This document shows, one piece after another, positions 63,210 through 64,000 of a stretch of 64,000 bases of DNA. Below the pieces are notes generated by a model. The model saw nothing but the letters and a program-made list of their open reading frames with translations. It did no database searches and was not told the DNA's origin. Numbering within the stretch: position 1 is the stretch's first letter; every line of letters starts with the position of its first letter. The stretch comes from Macrostomum lignano (lineage: Eukaryota), in contig NIVC01000996.1 of NCBI GenBank assembly GCA_002269645.1, positions 310,001-374,000 on the forward strand. The letters are read 5' to 3'. The translations under genes and the position numbers were made by a program.

Positions 63210-63636
63210 TATGGAAGAGTCAAGTGGTGAGGTAATCAAGGAGCTTGAGGCCAGTTTGGCCAAAGACTTGCAAGATTTGAAGAATGAGATAGAAGAAAAC
63301 GACTTAGTCCATGGTCTGCCTCACAGAGGAATCAGGTACAAAAATTTTTTCTAATTTAGACATTATTGAAGACATAATTGAAATAAGAATCAATAACAAA
63401 TTAGTTGATTAGTAAATTAATTTTATTTTGTGCACTTTTTTCTCCTGCTCAGTTCGATACCGATTCCAAAGGACGCCAAGTACTTCAAGCTCGAGCGTCG
63501 ACTGGCAGTGCAAAGACTGCTTCAGGTGGCCGATGTCAAACCGCTGCCAATTCTTTCTGAAGTTATGCAAGAGGAAAAAGACATCTGTTGTTCGCCTGAG
63601 TACAGTCCGCAGAGTGTTCTGCTTCTGCTGCACGAT
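63210..63636 (+). CDS. CCDC162: CCDC162/C6orf183-like protein, first visible exons (63210-63335, 63453-63636); gene continues beyond the window
   Basis: Spliced in phase (AG|GTACA...CTCAG|T), it reads MEESSGEVIKELEASLAKDLQDLKNEIEE...GISSIPIPKDAKYFKLERRLAVQRLLQVADVKPL..SEVMQEE...EYSPQSVLLLLHD. This matches my recollection of vertebrate C6orf183/CCDC162 (SSIQMPKD.YYFRRERELAL.R.LQVA..KPL...REYTPENLPLLL). Confidence 0.75.
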
Positions 63637-63814
63637 GTAAGCGAAATACAAATAAAATGCGTTGCATTTTATATGCGTTAAAGTTATTCCGAAATATCTT
63701 GCACCTCTTAAGTCACTGCAACTACAGTAGCCCAGCAATTAGCCCGAACTGGTGTCTCTAAAAACCAATTTGACACACCCTGCTGACGGCTCTGCGCTTT
63801 TGACGCATGCTGAC

Positions 63815-64000
63815 AACTCAGTTTGACACACACTGACAACTCAGTCTGACACAACTGACAACTCAGTCTGACACAACTGACAACTCAGTTTGACATACAC
63901 TGACAGCTCAGTTTGACACACACTGACAACTCAGTTTGACACACACTGACAACTAAGTTTGACACAACTGACAACTCAGTCTGACACAACTGACAACTCA
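63815..64000. repeat. 22/23-bp minisatellite GT[C/T]TGACACA(C)ACTGACAACTCA in the CCDC162 intron, running off the window edge
   Basis: Read directly. Confidence 0.92.

Overview
Eukaryotic (animal, lophotrochozoan-type) genomic DNA that is very rich in tandem repeats. A free-living flatworm such as Macrostomum is plausible, but that is inference. From left to right: (1) 1-~4.9 kb is the right part of a Polinton/Maverick (adintovirus-like) endogenous virus with the order integrase-chromodomain end, penton, pX-like core protein, major capsid, adenain protease, A32/FtsK packaging ATPase. Integrase and major capsid are frameshifted. (2) A spliced Ulp1/C48 protease relic on the minus strand. (3) A neuropeptide F (NPF) gene on the minus strand. 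Its two coding exons (31313-30988 and 8438-8315) join at the conserved phase-2 intron in RPR^FGKR across a 22,549-bp intron that is about 80% tandem repeat, including a 14.3-kb 18-bp satellite. (4) An 8-exon ZnT1/SLC30A1-like zinc exporter (47614-39575, minus, 555 aa) with one GC-AG intron. Each of its long introns holds a different minisatellite, one being an array of 17 perfect AP-1 sites. (5) A 2,770-bp Buster-type hAT transposon with TIRs and an 8-bp TSD, whose transposase has a single premature TGA. (6) A 544-bp MITE, a ~480-bp inverted repeat pair, and the first visible exons of a CCDC162/C6orf183-like gene. Nearly all long ORFs in the track between 8.5 and 46 kb are satellite translation artefacts. 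All coordinates were read by hand. Repeat boundaries are approximate, and family assignments rest on recalled motifs, not database searches.
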